Shown here one piece after another: positions 43,635 to 58,124 of a DNA stretch of 64,000 nucleotides. The first letter of the stretch is position 1. Each line of letters opens with the position of its first letter. A program made the translations under genes and the position numbers. The stretch comes from Podarcis erhardii (lineage: Eukaryota): assembly GCA_964252035.1 (NCBI GenBank), contig OZ176203.1. One strand, 5' to 3'. The notes below the pieces were generated by a model, which saw only the letters and a list, made by a program, of their open reading frames with translations, was not told the origin of the DNA and searched no databases.

Positions 43635-46600
43635 ACCACCACCACCACAACAACAACCTTAGACCATTGGGTGCCTCTGAAGCAGCCTCAGATGTCAGTA
43701 ATATCCTTTACTGAAATGGAAAATCCTACTACAAATGCCTATGTCTATACAGAAACTGCTTCAATATGCAAAGCATGCATCCCAACCATAGATACTATTT
43801 TCTATGCATTTCATCTTAGGAATTATAATTAATATATCTGACAATTACTTCAAGGAAAAGACAAATGGTTATATCCAATGTCAATTAGAACACTCAATGA
43901 CATTAATGGACTTGTTACTTGTCACTGATTTCAAATGGGTCTACATCATTGGATATCAAACAAAATACCATTTTGGAAAAGCAAAAAATATATGCAATTA
44001 TTTGATTTTCAATAATGTCTAAAGCATGACAAATATTTAAAATCAATATAAGCTTCATATTAAATAGAGCATAAAATCTATGAAAAGTACTTACTAGTTA
44101 TTGCGGTGCCTATATAATACATTTCAGTCAAAGTATCTACTATTTGTTTGAGATTTCGGACACAGCCCACTGCAAGTGCTACTAGCAACTCAAATCCAGC
44201 ATTAATAGTAGCTGGGGAACTACAGACTGGTATGGCCTGCTCAGCGGGCAATTCTCCATTCCTCATGTACTGTAAGTAAACATTCGAGGCTGGAAAGATG
44301 AAATCATCTATTAACTCCTGAAAAACAAAAAAGGGAAAGGGAAAAAAAAATCAAGTTATCCATAATTTTATTGCCATTTATATACTGTTTTTAATTCAAA
44401 ACAGCAAACTGGTCAACACATAAACAATTAAAATACACAATGAGAAATACATTAAAAATTACAAACACATCTCATAACTCCAAACAATAGCAAGACAATA
44501 CAATTCAATAGATTATTCCACAACTCAAAAAGATTCAAAATCCAGTAAGAAAGCCCGAGTGAAGAGTGTCAAAGTGTTTACTGATGATGCTAGACACACC
44601 TCCAGAGGAAGGGAATTCCACAAGAAGGGCATCACAAATGAGAAGGCCCTTGCCTGGGTCTCATTCAGCAGCAGCAGTCGGAAAAAGGCCCCCTCCAAAG
44701 ATCTCAATGGCCCGTCTAACACATACAGAAAAATGTGTTCTATCACACAGGCAATACCTGAACCAGAATTACCTACCACCACAAAATGTCTCATGACTTT
44801 AAACCTTTGGGGGTCAACTGCTAGAAGGAACAGAAGCCTGAGCAAGGATTCCAAGGCAAAAAGGAAACCTAGCACCATTTTCCTGAGTCTAAGAAACAGC
44901 CCACTTGCCCTCAATAATTTACATACACCCAATCCTAGCCCTTCCAATCCTTTAGATCAAAATTCATAGGAAATGTTTTAGAAAACCCACAATGGGTAGC
45001 ACACTGAACTGAGCCAATCTATTACTGTACGGTAATGCTATATCATGCAACTCTGCCTGTCCTGGGCAGTACAAAGGGACAAGTCATCAATGAAGTCCTT
45101 CCTCACATTAAATTGAGAAGTTCTGAATTCCAGCTTTATCTCACAGCATAATCCATCATTCACTTTTGCCTTTGATTTGTCAAAAAGTGGGTTTCTCACA
45201 AGATTATCAGCAGCAATTTTATGATGGACTGTATTCGTACATTTCTATAAAAACCATTTCCTGCTCTCCTAAAAATTATTCAAATTTAATTAAATCTATA
45301 TGTTTGTTTACAAGTTCCTCCTTACCAAGCTACTTCATTATGATTTTAGTTTTTTACATATAGCAATTACTTACTTTAATGAGATTAGCACCTCCTTTTT
45401 CACATCCAATATGGTACTTTTTTTCAGGAGTTTGAAATGCCAATAATTCCTTTGTTACTCCAAGGTGACCTTCTAAGATAGTCTCTTCTACACCTGTTTC
45501 TCCTGTTCTTTTCACTTCATCCTAACAAAAGAAAAGAAAAAGAAAGAAAAAATGCTGTGTCACGAGTTCTGGGAACTCTCTTTAAAATGAAAATATATAC
45601 TGCTACAACTCATTACAAATATGCTCACACCTTTCTGTCTTATAAACATGGCAACTAAAACATAAATGTTAACAGATAAAACGATCAGTAAAATTAATAA
45701 AACTAACAACAAAACTTACCCTAATCCTTTTAAGCCAGTCTATTTCATTATTAAGCAGAACTTCAGCATTGGGCACATTAATATTACTATTGTATGCATA
45801 ATTAAGAAGATGTCTTAATAGAGTAAAGTAGTCCCCTGAATGCTTAGCACGTTCTCGTGCAGTACTCTGTAAGAGAAAGAGGTCATGAGTAAATTCGAAA
45901 AGGTAATTTACATTAGCAGCAACACAGAATGTTTCTTAAAGCAAGAGTGGCGACCTCTTTAGCCCTTCTCCATCACTTGACATGTAAGGGAGAGGTGGGT
46001 CTTGCAAGCAAAGACAACATGGAGACTTCTCCAGCACACTGCCTTTACTTGACATTGGGGAGGAGACTTGCAAAAACCTTTGCAGATCTATCTCTCCCCC
46101 CCGCCCCCCCCCGCACACCTTTCCCTTTTAAATACTTTATATTGCATGGATCTAGCTCCCATCTCTACTCTTCGCTCATTAGCTGATGTGGAGATTAAAT
46201 CTAATGTCTAGGCAGTGTGATCCTCTTGTCTGCTTGGACCAGGATCGCACAACCAATGCAATATTGAATCCTGCCCTTTCACCTATCTGCTGACATTGCT
46301 AGTGATGACGGCTGATGAGTGGGTGGCCATGATTTGCGGGGGGAAACCTGGTGGGCCAAATGGACCACCTGAAAGACCAAGATTAGCCTGTGGGACCAAG
46401 GTTCCCCACCCCCGATGTAGTTCAGAATCCTGTTCTCACAGTTGGCCTATGCAACCAGATGGCCTATGCAAAGTCCCCAAGCATGACCTGAGTGCATACT
46501 GCTCTGATAGCATGAATCTGTCAAATCCCCTTTTAAAACCATCCAAGTTGGTGGCCATCATAGTTTACCTATGCTCTCCCTAACTAATGACCATGTGGGA

Positions 46601-49600
46601 GCTGATGGGAGTTGCAGTCCAACAATACCTGTAGTATCACAGGTTAGCCATCTGTCAAACAGTCCAAAAATGTAGGAGATTATAAATGTAATTGGAGATT
46701 TAAATAACCAAAACCAATGGGTTGCATCCAAAAGCAAGATTAATGTCAGCTGCCTCAACCCAAGTTTCAGCAATTCCGCCTCTCACTGTGCCCCACCAAC
46801 ACACTCCAGACCTTTCATGAAGGTCCACCAACCCCCAAGAGGGACTTTTGGGGGCACAGAGGGGGGAAATGCCCTACTGCGAAAGCAACCTTCTTTCTAC
46901 ATCAATTGGCTGCAACTCAAAGGGCTCAAATTCAAACCACCTTGAATGTTTTCATGTGTATACCGATTTGTGGACCTGGTTTCAAATCTAGGAACAGCTC
47001 CAGTTGATTGTAGAATTAATCATGACACTGGTATCAGTGATAAAATGCTCGAGGCTCATAACACTGAATGTGGGGCTCAAAAGGAAAAGCAAATGCAATA
47101 CATAATACTATCTTAATTTCTGTATTTCAAGTATTATTTGTTAACTGCACTAAGCTATTGGAAAGCATCTATAAAAATCTATTGCAAAAAATTCTTATAG
47201 ACATTAGTGTAAGTAACAATGTGGAGTTTTAAATGCCTTACCCCTAAAACAGTGAACAACAGAGTTATAAAGAAAAGTAGAGGTCTCTGTCCCATACAAC
47301 ATCTGGTAGCCATTAGGAAGAACTGTTCCTGTGCCATCTGACGAACAGTTCTGGAAAAAAATTAACCAGAAAAAAATCAAATTAATACAGATACAGATAA
47401 ACAAGACAAATCTTATTTGAGATTTGCTGGACAGTTTCCCTGCATGTTCATCAGGAGTGTCATTGCTTTCCCAGTTCCTAGAATTCAGGGAAGAGGAATT
47501 TAATTTGAAATGTAGATTAAGAAGGTGCTGTCAGATTCCAAAAAGACCACTGGAGATGCGGGTCTTCCAAGTAGCAGTGGGCATGCAGACTTGCAGGTGT
47601 AGGAGGGTGACAAGCGAAGCTGTGTTTTGTGAAGGCACTTGAACCAAAAAGGACCAAATGCAATGGCACTTATAAGTTATTTAGTTGACAGGAAACAAAA
47701 ACAAGAGCCTGAACATCAGATCCATAAAGGACAGGATATCACCTGTCCTTTCTGATGAATGTTAAATGTGGAATCTATGATAGCCCACAAATTGGTTTTG
47801 ATAGTTTAGAATCAAGGATGTCCACCACATCTGTAATGTTTTGGGGAATGACAAATATAGATATTTGAGAATCGTTCTTTAAGAGATAAGACATAGCCAG
47901 TTGTGGGCACACTTCATCTGAAATGTTGAGTGTTTATGACATCATGATTGTTGCTGCTCTCCTCTGGCTTCTAGCTGAAAATCCGGATCCATTAGGCGGG
48001 ATTGAACTAACCAGTCCTATCAGTGAAAGCTCTGTGCAATCACATTTGCTTGTACAAAAGGGCTTTTGCCTCTTCACCATACCACAGTTATAGTGATAGC
48101 CATTATGATCTAGAGATATACAAATGAAATCACAGCCCAGCAAGTGTACTTTGAATTGGGCATCTACAGTCACCTGCTGCCACCTGGAGTCAGCAACTGT
48201 GAGATGAAAAAAACCACTTACTTGCTGTGACAGTGCAACAACAAGTCAATGATAAATGTCTGCCAAGCTTTTTCTTTGCTAAGTGCATCCAGCGCTGTTG
48301 GAATCAAGGCAAAACAAAGGGTCATCACTTCGAGTGCTTCACAGCAAACTTGTTCATCTTCTGCATCTGGTTCATTGCCTGCATTTGTCTGTAAAATTAA
48401 TCAGAAATAAGTAGCATAAAATAGGAATGGAAGAAGAACTAATGATTTTATTAACTGTTCCCTTCAGATACAAACCAATACTGAGGACAAACATCTACTT
48501 ACTACAACCTACAGCCTGAGTAAGGCCTACAACTGAAACAGGAATTAATAATTATAAAAATGTGATCTGATATCTTATTTATAGCCACACATACAAACAT
48601 GAATTTTGACACAATGCTGAAATTATGCAAAAGGGGAAAGGCATTAGTGAAAAGTCAGGGGGAATATAGTAATAAATAAAAAATATTTTTTAAATTTATA
48701 TCCCGCCCATCTGGCTGGGTTTCCCCAGACACTCTGGGCAGCTTACAACATATATAAAAATGTAACAAAACATCAAAAATGAAAAAAAACACACAAAAAT
48801 ATCCTATAAAAGCAACAAACAAACCAATAAATCAATAGAAATGAAGACGAAGAAGAAGACCCAAATTAAAATAACCACCAACACCAAACCGAAGAAAACA
48901 AAACAGAGAAACCAAAATTAGAACTGTTTAAATCATTTTAGTCAGTTGCCCCAACCCAAGAATTTTCCATCCACATGAGACTGTAAAAAGGCACTGAGAC
49001 TGCTACAAAGTTATGCTTCAATGAGGTAACACAGAAATGCTTTCTTAAAAGCTATAAAGGCATTCTCTCAACAAAAGTGCCAGCAAAGTAACTATCAATG
49101 ATTTAACTCGGAAATCTATTAGATGAAAATTATTTAAAATCATATAAAAATGCTTACAATTTCTAAACAGGCCACTTGAAGTCTGAATTTCCTAGGATAG
49201 CCCTTATCAAAGATCAGTTTGAGAGAAAAGGTTGCTTAGGATTTCTTACCTTCTCATAAATTTTACTAATATCCTCATTTGAACTGAATACCAGCTGTAC
49301 TGATCCACATCCTGAAGCCCAAACTATTTTCTGCACTGCTCTAATAACACAAATATCAGGGATATATTTTGAAGCCTAAAAATAGAAAGATAGCATCAAA
49401 TATAACTGTTCCAAATGTTTTTCAGGGAGAAAGAAGCATAGAGAGCAAGAGTTAAAAAAGCAAACGCTTAATACATTTCCCACAAATCTGAATCCACGAG
49501 AGTCTGCATTCTTGCATTTGAGGATGAAGCTCATACCAAGTCCACGTGGCCCTGTACTGTCAACTTGGGAAGTGGTTCTCCAGGGTCTCTAGCCAAAGTC

Positions 49601-52600
49601 TCTCTCATCACCTACTACCATATATTTTTAAAACGGCACTGAGATTTCTGAATGCAAAGTATGTGCTCCTCTCGAAAGGGACAGTATCCTGGCACAGGGA
49701 TACAAATCAGCAACTACAGAACCAGGAAGCGTTAAGGTGTGACCATATGCCACCAAGGAAGCTCCTTCTATTTTGGACACTAGAGACAGGCTTCCATTAA
49801 GGATATATAAGCAACTGCTGAGGAAAGTACAGATTCTCCTCTCCCACTCCCCAAGTCACCGCCTTAAGCCTAAATCAGGAACTGGGGGAATAGCGAAAAT
49901 TATACTAACCTCATCAGATATTTGCTGTGCAAGGCGTATTGCTACATTTCTTAGCATGCACTCTGAGGTTGGGTTGGGAATGTTCTGTAGAGCAGTTTGC
50001 AACACCACTGCTTGATCATGAGTTGCTTGGTTGATCTGGAACAATTTATTTTCAATATTTTAAAGAAAGAACATTACTATCTTCAACTGTAGAAGTTTAA
50101 CATGGTGGAGAAAATATATATTTCCACAGCCATTTACAAATTAAGCAATACTAGTCAATATCAGACTTTAAATATTTACTGGTTATCAGATCACAATAAA
50201 GCATTCACAATTTTGTTTTAAGAACAAAGTTAACATTACCTGTGACATTGGGCTTGTGCCCTCTACAACTGGCTGACAAGCTTCCGCCACAGCTCTCACA
50301 TGGCCATAGCCAATTGCAGTTAGCAATAGTTTTGCTATTTTTAGAGCATTTAGGTAGGCACCCCTTCTTGTTTCCATATCTGCATTTGGCAGGAAGTTAT
50401 TTCTGGTCAGCATACTCAGCACAAGAGGTAAGCCACCACTTTTTAAGAAGTTGTACTGGAAGTCAGTGGCATCTTCTCCCAGAGGTAAATTGGCAGGCAT
50501 TAACAAGGCATAAACTACCTGCAAGGGGGAAAGAAGTGGGAGAAAGAAAACAGGAAAAATAATTCAGCAAACTTTTAAACTAAGTATACTGAAATGCAAG
50601 ATAAGAGGATGGTTTTTGCATATTTGTCTCCTTTACATTTTGTGATGAAGTTCTTTTCTCCATGAGCAACCTTCCCCACAATCCAGTCCTATGGGAAGGC
50701 CTTGCAGTACAGTCACACCTCGTGTTGCGTTAGGTTCATGTTGTGTCTTTTCGGCTTGAGAACGCAGCAAACCCACAAGTGTATACATCCAGGTTTCACC
50801 GCATGTGCATACGCAGAAATGCTCTATTGCGCTCTGTGCAGAAGCGCCGCTCTAGTTACGACTTTTTGGGGTGCAAATGGCACCCCTGAACGGATCATGT
50901 CTGCAACTAGAGGTACCACTGTACTCTGCAATTTGGGTGTGATCCCTGAATTCAGTGTAAAAATAATACTAGAAGGAAAATTTCAAGTATCAAAATATTA
51001 AAAATGAGATATTACAAACCTCTGTAAGATATAGCACTTGTGATGCAGAAGGGCCGAAGAAAAGAGAATCAAGGGATGGACTAAGGCTGCTGTCTCCGAG
51101 TTTTGCATGGTCTAAACAAATAGCTCTTAGTTTTTCTACAGTAGTGTTATCTGGAATAAAAGCACAATTTAAAGATGTTTCTTCTCACAGAGAATACAAT
51201 ATAGATTTCTGAAGCATTTTCGAAAGTGTAATACATTGAAACTGCAAAGGAAGAGATAGCACTGAAGAACATGGAGAATGTTTGTCTTTTTTTCTTTGAA
51301 AATCACATTTTGCTTCAGTCCCAAGACAAATGCTGCAAACTGGAGAAATAGCATGCACCAGAAATTTTCCATGACCACCTCTTTCAGCAAGTGTCTTCAA
51401 AGAACCCCAAAAACAGTTTGAGGAAAAGCAGCTTGATACTCGCTTTTGAACTTTCTGGAGTAGAAAGAGCAACAGTGTGTGTGCACTGCTTTTAAACACT
51501 CACACAGATGAATCCCCACACTGATTTTGAACTTGAATAGTTAAACATGCAGTTTGATTGTTTTGTACAGGTAGCTTCTAAGATGCTCTACATTTCACTT
51601 TCTATAAATAGAAAATACACTGAAAATAAATTTTACCTGGTGGCATCAATTTCATAAGGATCCGTGCACCATCTCTAAGAGGTGGCATATTTAGGCTACA
51701 GCCTAGGTCTGCAACTTGCCAAAGAAACGAGATATATCTAGGATGCAGTGACATGATCTAAAATAAAAGTAAAAACCTGTCATGAGATACCAGCTCCTAA
51801 TATCAGATAATAAAATTCAGTCTATAATTTTGAGTGTGTGTCTGTTCTTTACTTACAACTCCAGGCAAGCAACTTTCAACTTCTGGGTTTGGACCATCAC
51901 TATAGTGATTGCCATGGTTGCCTGGAGAACCAGTCGAGGAATCAGATGAGCTATCAGGGCTTGAAGGCATATTGGAACTTATCTGTGTAAGCTTGGCTGT
52001 AATTAGCTGGGGGGTGGGGAGTAATAGAAAGTGATAAAATGGAGAGATTGTACAAAATTGTTAAAACGGTTATCTTTCTAATAGCAAACTTGACTGAGTA
52101 TATTAAACTGTTAATACTATAGCTACTCACAAAGCATGCCATTATTTCAAATTATATTTATGCATTCATTTACCTTTCAAAAGAGAACATTCAAAAATAA
52201 GTAAGATCAATATATGATATTTACAGTACTTACTGTTTTATCTTTGAGATTTAATTGTCCAATTAATTTTCTATCATCTGCTGGATCTACTAGCTCGCCT
52301 CCAATAAATAATTCTACTTTTGTATGTGCACTGTTGGCTTTAATACGATTGAGAATGCAACGTCTAACTGAACCAATCGTGTCATTTGTATGGGACCAAA
52401 CATCCAAGTCTTCCACTTGCCGGCCTTGATTTGGAAAACGAACTACCAGAGAGATGTGTTTACCACGAAAAGCTCTGAGAACAAAGATAAAGATAATACC
52501 ACTTTAAACAATCAAAAGTCTTTAAAAGCGTTTACTACTGCCAGGGAGAATTATAGAACTAAATTTATATTGGGGCAATGCCTTTAATAGGCCAGCCAAA

Positions 52601-55600
52601 ATGTCACATTAGAACAATACCTAATAATTGTTCCAATAGCGGTATTTTGCTGACATAGTTGACTTTACTTGTTAAGTTTTATTTTATTTTCAAAAGATTG
52701 CAACACTCCAATAAAACTGGAATTCAGAAAATTTTGCTTACTTTTTAATAATTCTTCTACTTGTTTGCTAGACTAAAGGAGAATAAATCTGAAAAGGTTA
52801 TCTACAGCATATAATGAATGGATTATCTTTTGCCTTTATGTATGTGGCAAAGAAATCAGAAATATAAGATTTATGATTCTACAAATATACTGTACTAATA
52901 TATTACACAGGCTATGTTATTTAAAAGTTTTTACACAATATGAGATGCATAGCAGAATCCTAACACCACAATTACTCGGAAAATTACTTAATATTGCATC
53001 CTAATTCACCAGAGTTTTGAAATTTCCACAAACCTTGACATTGGTAGAATTGTTCGCTCTTCGTGGTAATCACTGTCACATTCATTTATATATTCTCTTA
53101 AAACGGTCAACACTCGCACCATTCTTATCGCTTCTTGCCTTGCACAATTAATACTGTCTTTATCGCCATCCAAAACACACAAAGTATCATAGGATGCTTT
53201 CAAACGATCAAAGCAGGACTGAATGAAGTCTTCATGGATTACTACCTACAGAAATGCCAAGAGATAGCTATATCTCAACAAAACAATATAAAAGGTCACA
53301 AGAGAGACAAACTAATCCTACATCTGTAATTTGCATGGATGACACTCCCGAGCAGAAGATTCCAGCAACACTAGTATTTTTAACAGGCTTCAGTGTGCCA
53401 ACAGAATTTTTGGAATGATGAAAATACATGGCAATTAACAACTTAAAAGCCATTAGTTAGTATGAATTCCTATTTGAATGAAGAGCCAGCTAAAGAAGAA
53501 ATGTATGTTCTCAAAGATTTAATTTTGTAAAATAGTCCTCAAGCAAAACATACTAAGAAAGGAGACTTTCATCAATGAAAATGGTAAATGCTACCTATTT
53601 TTTAAAAACAACAGTTTTTTTCATAATTTTACCTGATTTACTTGCAATCTTGGACCAAGATTGGTATAGATTTCCTTTAGTAGATCTATTGCTCGACTGG
53701 CAATGTCATCACTTCCTTGAATTACAACCTAAGGCAGAAATATAAAGCATATACCACTTTAACTTAAGCATTATGGCCTATGAGAATAAAATCTCTAAAT
53801 GCAATCTTGACAAAAATATGTATATAAAATCTACTGTAAATGGTCTTATGACCCATTCTTGGCTTTGATACAACACACAGTAATATTATTTCATTTATGA
53901 ACTAATTTCCATAAGGCATCCCAAAGTGATTTACAATTTTTTTTAAAGTCATTAGATTCGTCTAACATATGACAACATCATACACTCATAAAATAAATTT
54001 TCCCACCCTAGCCCATGAGATGAAGTTAAAGCAATACATCAGAAATAACATCCAAAGAACGTAATAAGCCCTATCCCAGACAACCATTTATATAGAAAGC
54101 AATATACAATTTATGCCAATCAAAAAGTTTTATAATGTGAAGGGAGTCTGATGTTTTCAGTTTTAGCCACATAGATAACAAAGCTGTACCAATCAGTTGC
54201 AAAATAATTTTATGGTTCAAACCTTGTGCCAATTTTATTTTATTAGTCTATTTTCCCCCAAATGCTATTTGCCATACATTATTGTACCAGTCTGTCAAAT
54301 AAATGCCCTCCAAGTTCTTCCAGTATCTTATTACAAGCCTGGCCAATAGTAAAAAATAACTTATCAGGGGTTTTAACTGTAAATTAGTGTTGCCTCCCAT
54401 TAAAAGATTGAGCAGTGCCAGCTCTGAACATTTAGAGGTTTACTCGACCAGCAATTGTGATTTACAATAGAACATATATAAAAACAAAACAACTGTATTG
54501 TTTAAACAAATTTAAATGACAACTATAAATAACAAACTTAAAACAGTAGCACCTACATAAAATCAATTCAAACACAAAATAAATACCAACTGGGATAAAG
54601 ATTTTAGAAGGTTTGTAGAAAAAAAGGAATGTATTTGGAAGGTGCTGAAATGATAATGGAGAATGTGCTTGTCTGATATGCAATGTGAAGGTTTCCAAAG
54701 TGTAGGTGGCCCAATTTTTACATTGTGTGGAACAGACCTCCTGGCAGGATGCTCTCTCCTGCAGAATGAGTATGTAGGAGATGAGGTGATCTTTTAGATA
54801 CCCTGGTCCATAGTGGATATGAGATTTGTACACCAATACCAGCACCTGGAACCTAGTCTGGTAGCTTACTGGCAGCCTGTGCAATTCTTTCAGCAGTGGT
54901 GTCATATAATGATATTCCACCACATTGAGCAGTCCAGCTGCCGCATAGCTGCGGTTACTGGGTCAATCTCAAGGGCAGCCCCAAATAGAATGCATTGCAG
55001 TAATCCAATCTGGAGGTTACCAACATATGGATGACAGTGGTTGGGCTGCAATGGTTTGGCTATCTTTCCAACTGAAGCTGGTGTACTGCACTCCTAGCTC
55101 CCGAGGTCACCTAGGCTTCTAGTGACAGAGATGGGTCCAGCAGCATCCCCACATTAAGAACCTGCTCCTTCAGGAGGATACAACCCATCCAAAGCAGGCA
55201 ATTGACCAATTATCCAGGCTAGGAAATTGCTCATTCACAGCACCTCTGTATCGCCAGGATTCAGAGCCATAAACGCACCACCAAGTGCAGGCACCAGTCC
55301 AGGGCTTGTAAGGCTTCTTCCAATTCCAATTTTACAGAGAAATTGAGCTGGATGTTACAGAGAAATTGAGCTGGGTATCATCAATGTTTTCTGGACACCT
55401 CCTCTGGAACTATATTAACAGTGATACCAAGTTCTGCACAAATATGAGCAACCATACCCTGCAAGTGCCTTGCAGCATTGTCAAAGCACATCTCCAAGAA
55501 CTGTACCTTAGGACTAGATTTCAACAGCCCATTCACCCCTCAGGATAGCTACTTGAGGATGCAATAGTGGCACAGAAGCAAGCTTTCTTAGCTTCCATCA

Positions 55601-58086
55601 CCAGCATACAGTAGGTACTATTATGTGCTTTCACCTGTGCTCAGTCATTTTTCATTTATAAAACTCGCTATATTCCCTGGAGTTCCCTTGAAAAGCAGGG
55701 CACCATTGGGATCCATAGCACCAAAGGACACATAGAAGTGTTTGTGTCAATGACACTTTCCATTGTGAGACCAGGGACTTGGCAGGAGCACTAGATAATA
55801 CCAAATGGGAAATTCCCCAAGTCCAGGGGCAAACCTGCTGATTAAGTACTCCACTCCTGCAGGCTAAAGTCAAATGGTTGCTCCATAACAGGGTAATGCA
55901 AACATACCCCCTACCCCACCCTACAACACCAATCCATCTACCAGTCATCCTTTTGTAAATAAAAGATCAAGGCTATGTCCTGTTATTTGTCAGGTCAATT
56001 CTGTACTGAGGCAGCCCCTTGGTTGCCATGGCAGCCATAATGTCCCAAGTCAGCATGGATTTTGAAATCACCAAGTCTGGGAATTTTCCAACCCTACACC
56101 CAAGACTACTTCTGCCAGTTTGGGTAGTGAGACAGCTGGACTAATTGAACAGAGGAAGAAAATGAGAGCAAACTACATAATTGGCAGCTTTCCTGACACT
56201 GATTGCCATTCCTACAGAGAGAGCGCTCCTTTTACAGTGTGACAGCAACGAACTGCCAAAGCCACAGTTGCAACCTGATACTCCACATATATAATGATGA
56301 CTTCAGGAAGCATTGTGTAGCTGCATGGACATAGCAGACTTCTGCAGCAGCACTAGAAAGAATAAATATCTGTGGCAACCTCATATTCAACATCAAATGA
56401 GTTTTTCACCAAGCCATGTGCTGATTTTGCACTTTGTACAAATCACAGCATATCAAAATAGGCAATGTGTAGCTGGAGTACAGAGTAGAACTCACATGTA
56501 ATAACAGCTGCAGAACTTTTATTTTATTGGCCTAACCATACAAACCAACTTTTTTGTCAAATAACTATAAACTACAACTTGAATAAGTTAGATGTACTTT
56601 TACACTTACCCTCCAAAGGTAATCTAATCCTATTAACTCCAAGTCATCCATCATATAGGCTCGTCTCTTTGCAACTAGCTTCCCTTCTCGACAGTTCACA
56701 GCTTTGAAGAAACGTTCAAAACATTTCATTCCATTTTCTGTTAAGAGTGAAGGGTCCAACTGAAGAACATTGTTTTCAAAGAAGTCTTTATTTATGTCAG
56801 GGTCTAAATCCGGTTCATCTCCCATGAGTTTAGAATACCATTTAAAACAGGCTTCACGATCACACAGGTAGACTGCATTTTCAGCTAAACACTTCCATAT
56901 TTGTTTTGCCTGAGGAGCACAGAGCCATAGTTGACCATCCTTCAGTAAAAATCTAGCATGAAACAGAGAGAAACAAGAAGTCATTAAAATTAGAAATGTC
57001 GCTCTAATTCTATGAATTAACACTTGAAACTCAGTAGCTGATGCTGTTTTCAACTGTTCTCCAATGTATTCATACATTCTGGAATATTCCTCAATCACAG
57101 AAAAGAGATCAATCTACTGTATTTTTCGCTCTATAGGACGCACTTTTTCCCCTCAAAAAATGAAGGGGAAATGTGTGTGCGTCCTATGGAGCGAATGCAG
57201 GCTTCAGGAAGCTATCCGCAAGCCTTTGGAGTGCTGCGGGAATTTTCTTTATCCCCCCCCCCCAAAAAAAAACCTAGGTTCGCCCTATGGTCTGGTGTGC
57301 CCTATGGAGCGAAAAATACGGTATCCGGATTAAATAATATGCATATTATAAACTTGACATTTCACACAACTACTCTGTACACAAATGTCAGTCACATACT
57401 GACATGTGTAAGCAGGTAAAAGATGTTAGAATCCCAACTATAAAAGAAAATTTGAGTTAAGCAAACAGATTGCCTTTGTATCATGCCAAGCAGCCTAGAT
57501 AAATAGGTATTATGTACTTTTTTGGACTAGTTGGCAGGTTCAATTTCATTGAACATCCTTCAGTCCTACAAAAAAATCCCAGCTATTGATTTCCCGTAGA
57601 TGCATCTGTCTCAGTACTATAAGCAGAAAAATGCTTCAATAACTATCCAAAGCAGAATAGAGCAGAAGAGAAAATTGTGTACAAATTGCATAGAGAAAAT
57701 TGTGCGAATTTCACACAGAGCCTAACTACTGTGTCCAAAGAACAATTCTTCTATCCAGTGGTCACACATGGATAAATAAAGGTATCCTCCCCCCATGAAT
57801 CCAAACTGATACGTTTCACACCTAGAAGGAACATGAGTAGTATCAGCCATAATCAGAACGTTTACCATTCCTCTCATGGTGTTATCTACTGCAAATATTT
57901 AGGGGGGGAAATACTTTGTTATGCTTTTGATTACAACTGTATCTTCTTCAGAAGTGTTAAATAAAACATCCACCATCATAGTTAAGAATACGTGTGCTCT
58001 GATCTTAGTAGATTATTCTGGGCTTATCTCACCTAATATTCAAGGCTTTATTCTTTTAGCCAAGTGGTTGGTTGGTTGGTTGGTTG

Positions 58087-58124
<38 letters not shown>

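Noticed and set aside
44525-44969. 140-aa and 136-aa opposing ORFs in a USP9X intron
   Set aside because: Best explained as a degenerate L2 ORF2 tail and its antisense frame.
46139-46264. Hairpin (GTGTGATCCT/AGGATCGCAC followed by ACA) resembling an H/ACA snoRNA
   Set aside because: It pairs best on the + strand, antisense to the host USP9X; there is no H box and the pocket-to-ACA spacing is wrong. More likely a repeat-derived palindrome.
48177-48190. Additional CTCF-like motif (minus strand ACTCCAGGTGGCAG)
   Set aside because: Two mismatches in the 5' core; too weak to call without data.
56953-57098. N-terminal extension of ORF 56565-57098 (MIEEYSRMY...) as part of USP9X
   Set aside because: Intronic read-through upstream of the acceptor at 56952. 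The same applies to similar extensions in ORFs 35272-35631, 39083-39373 and 30649-31053.
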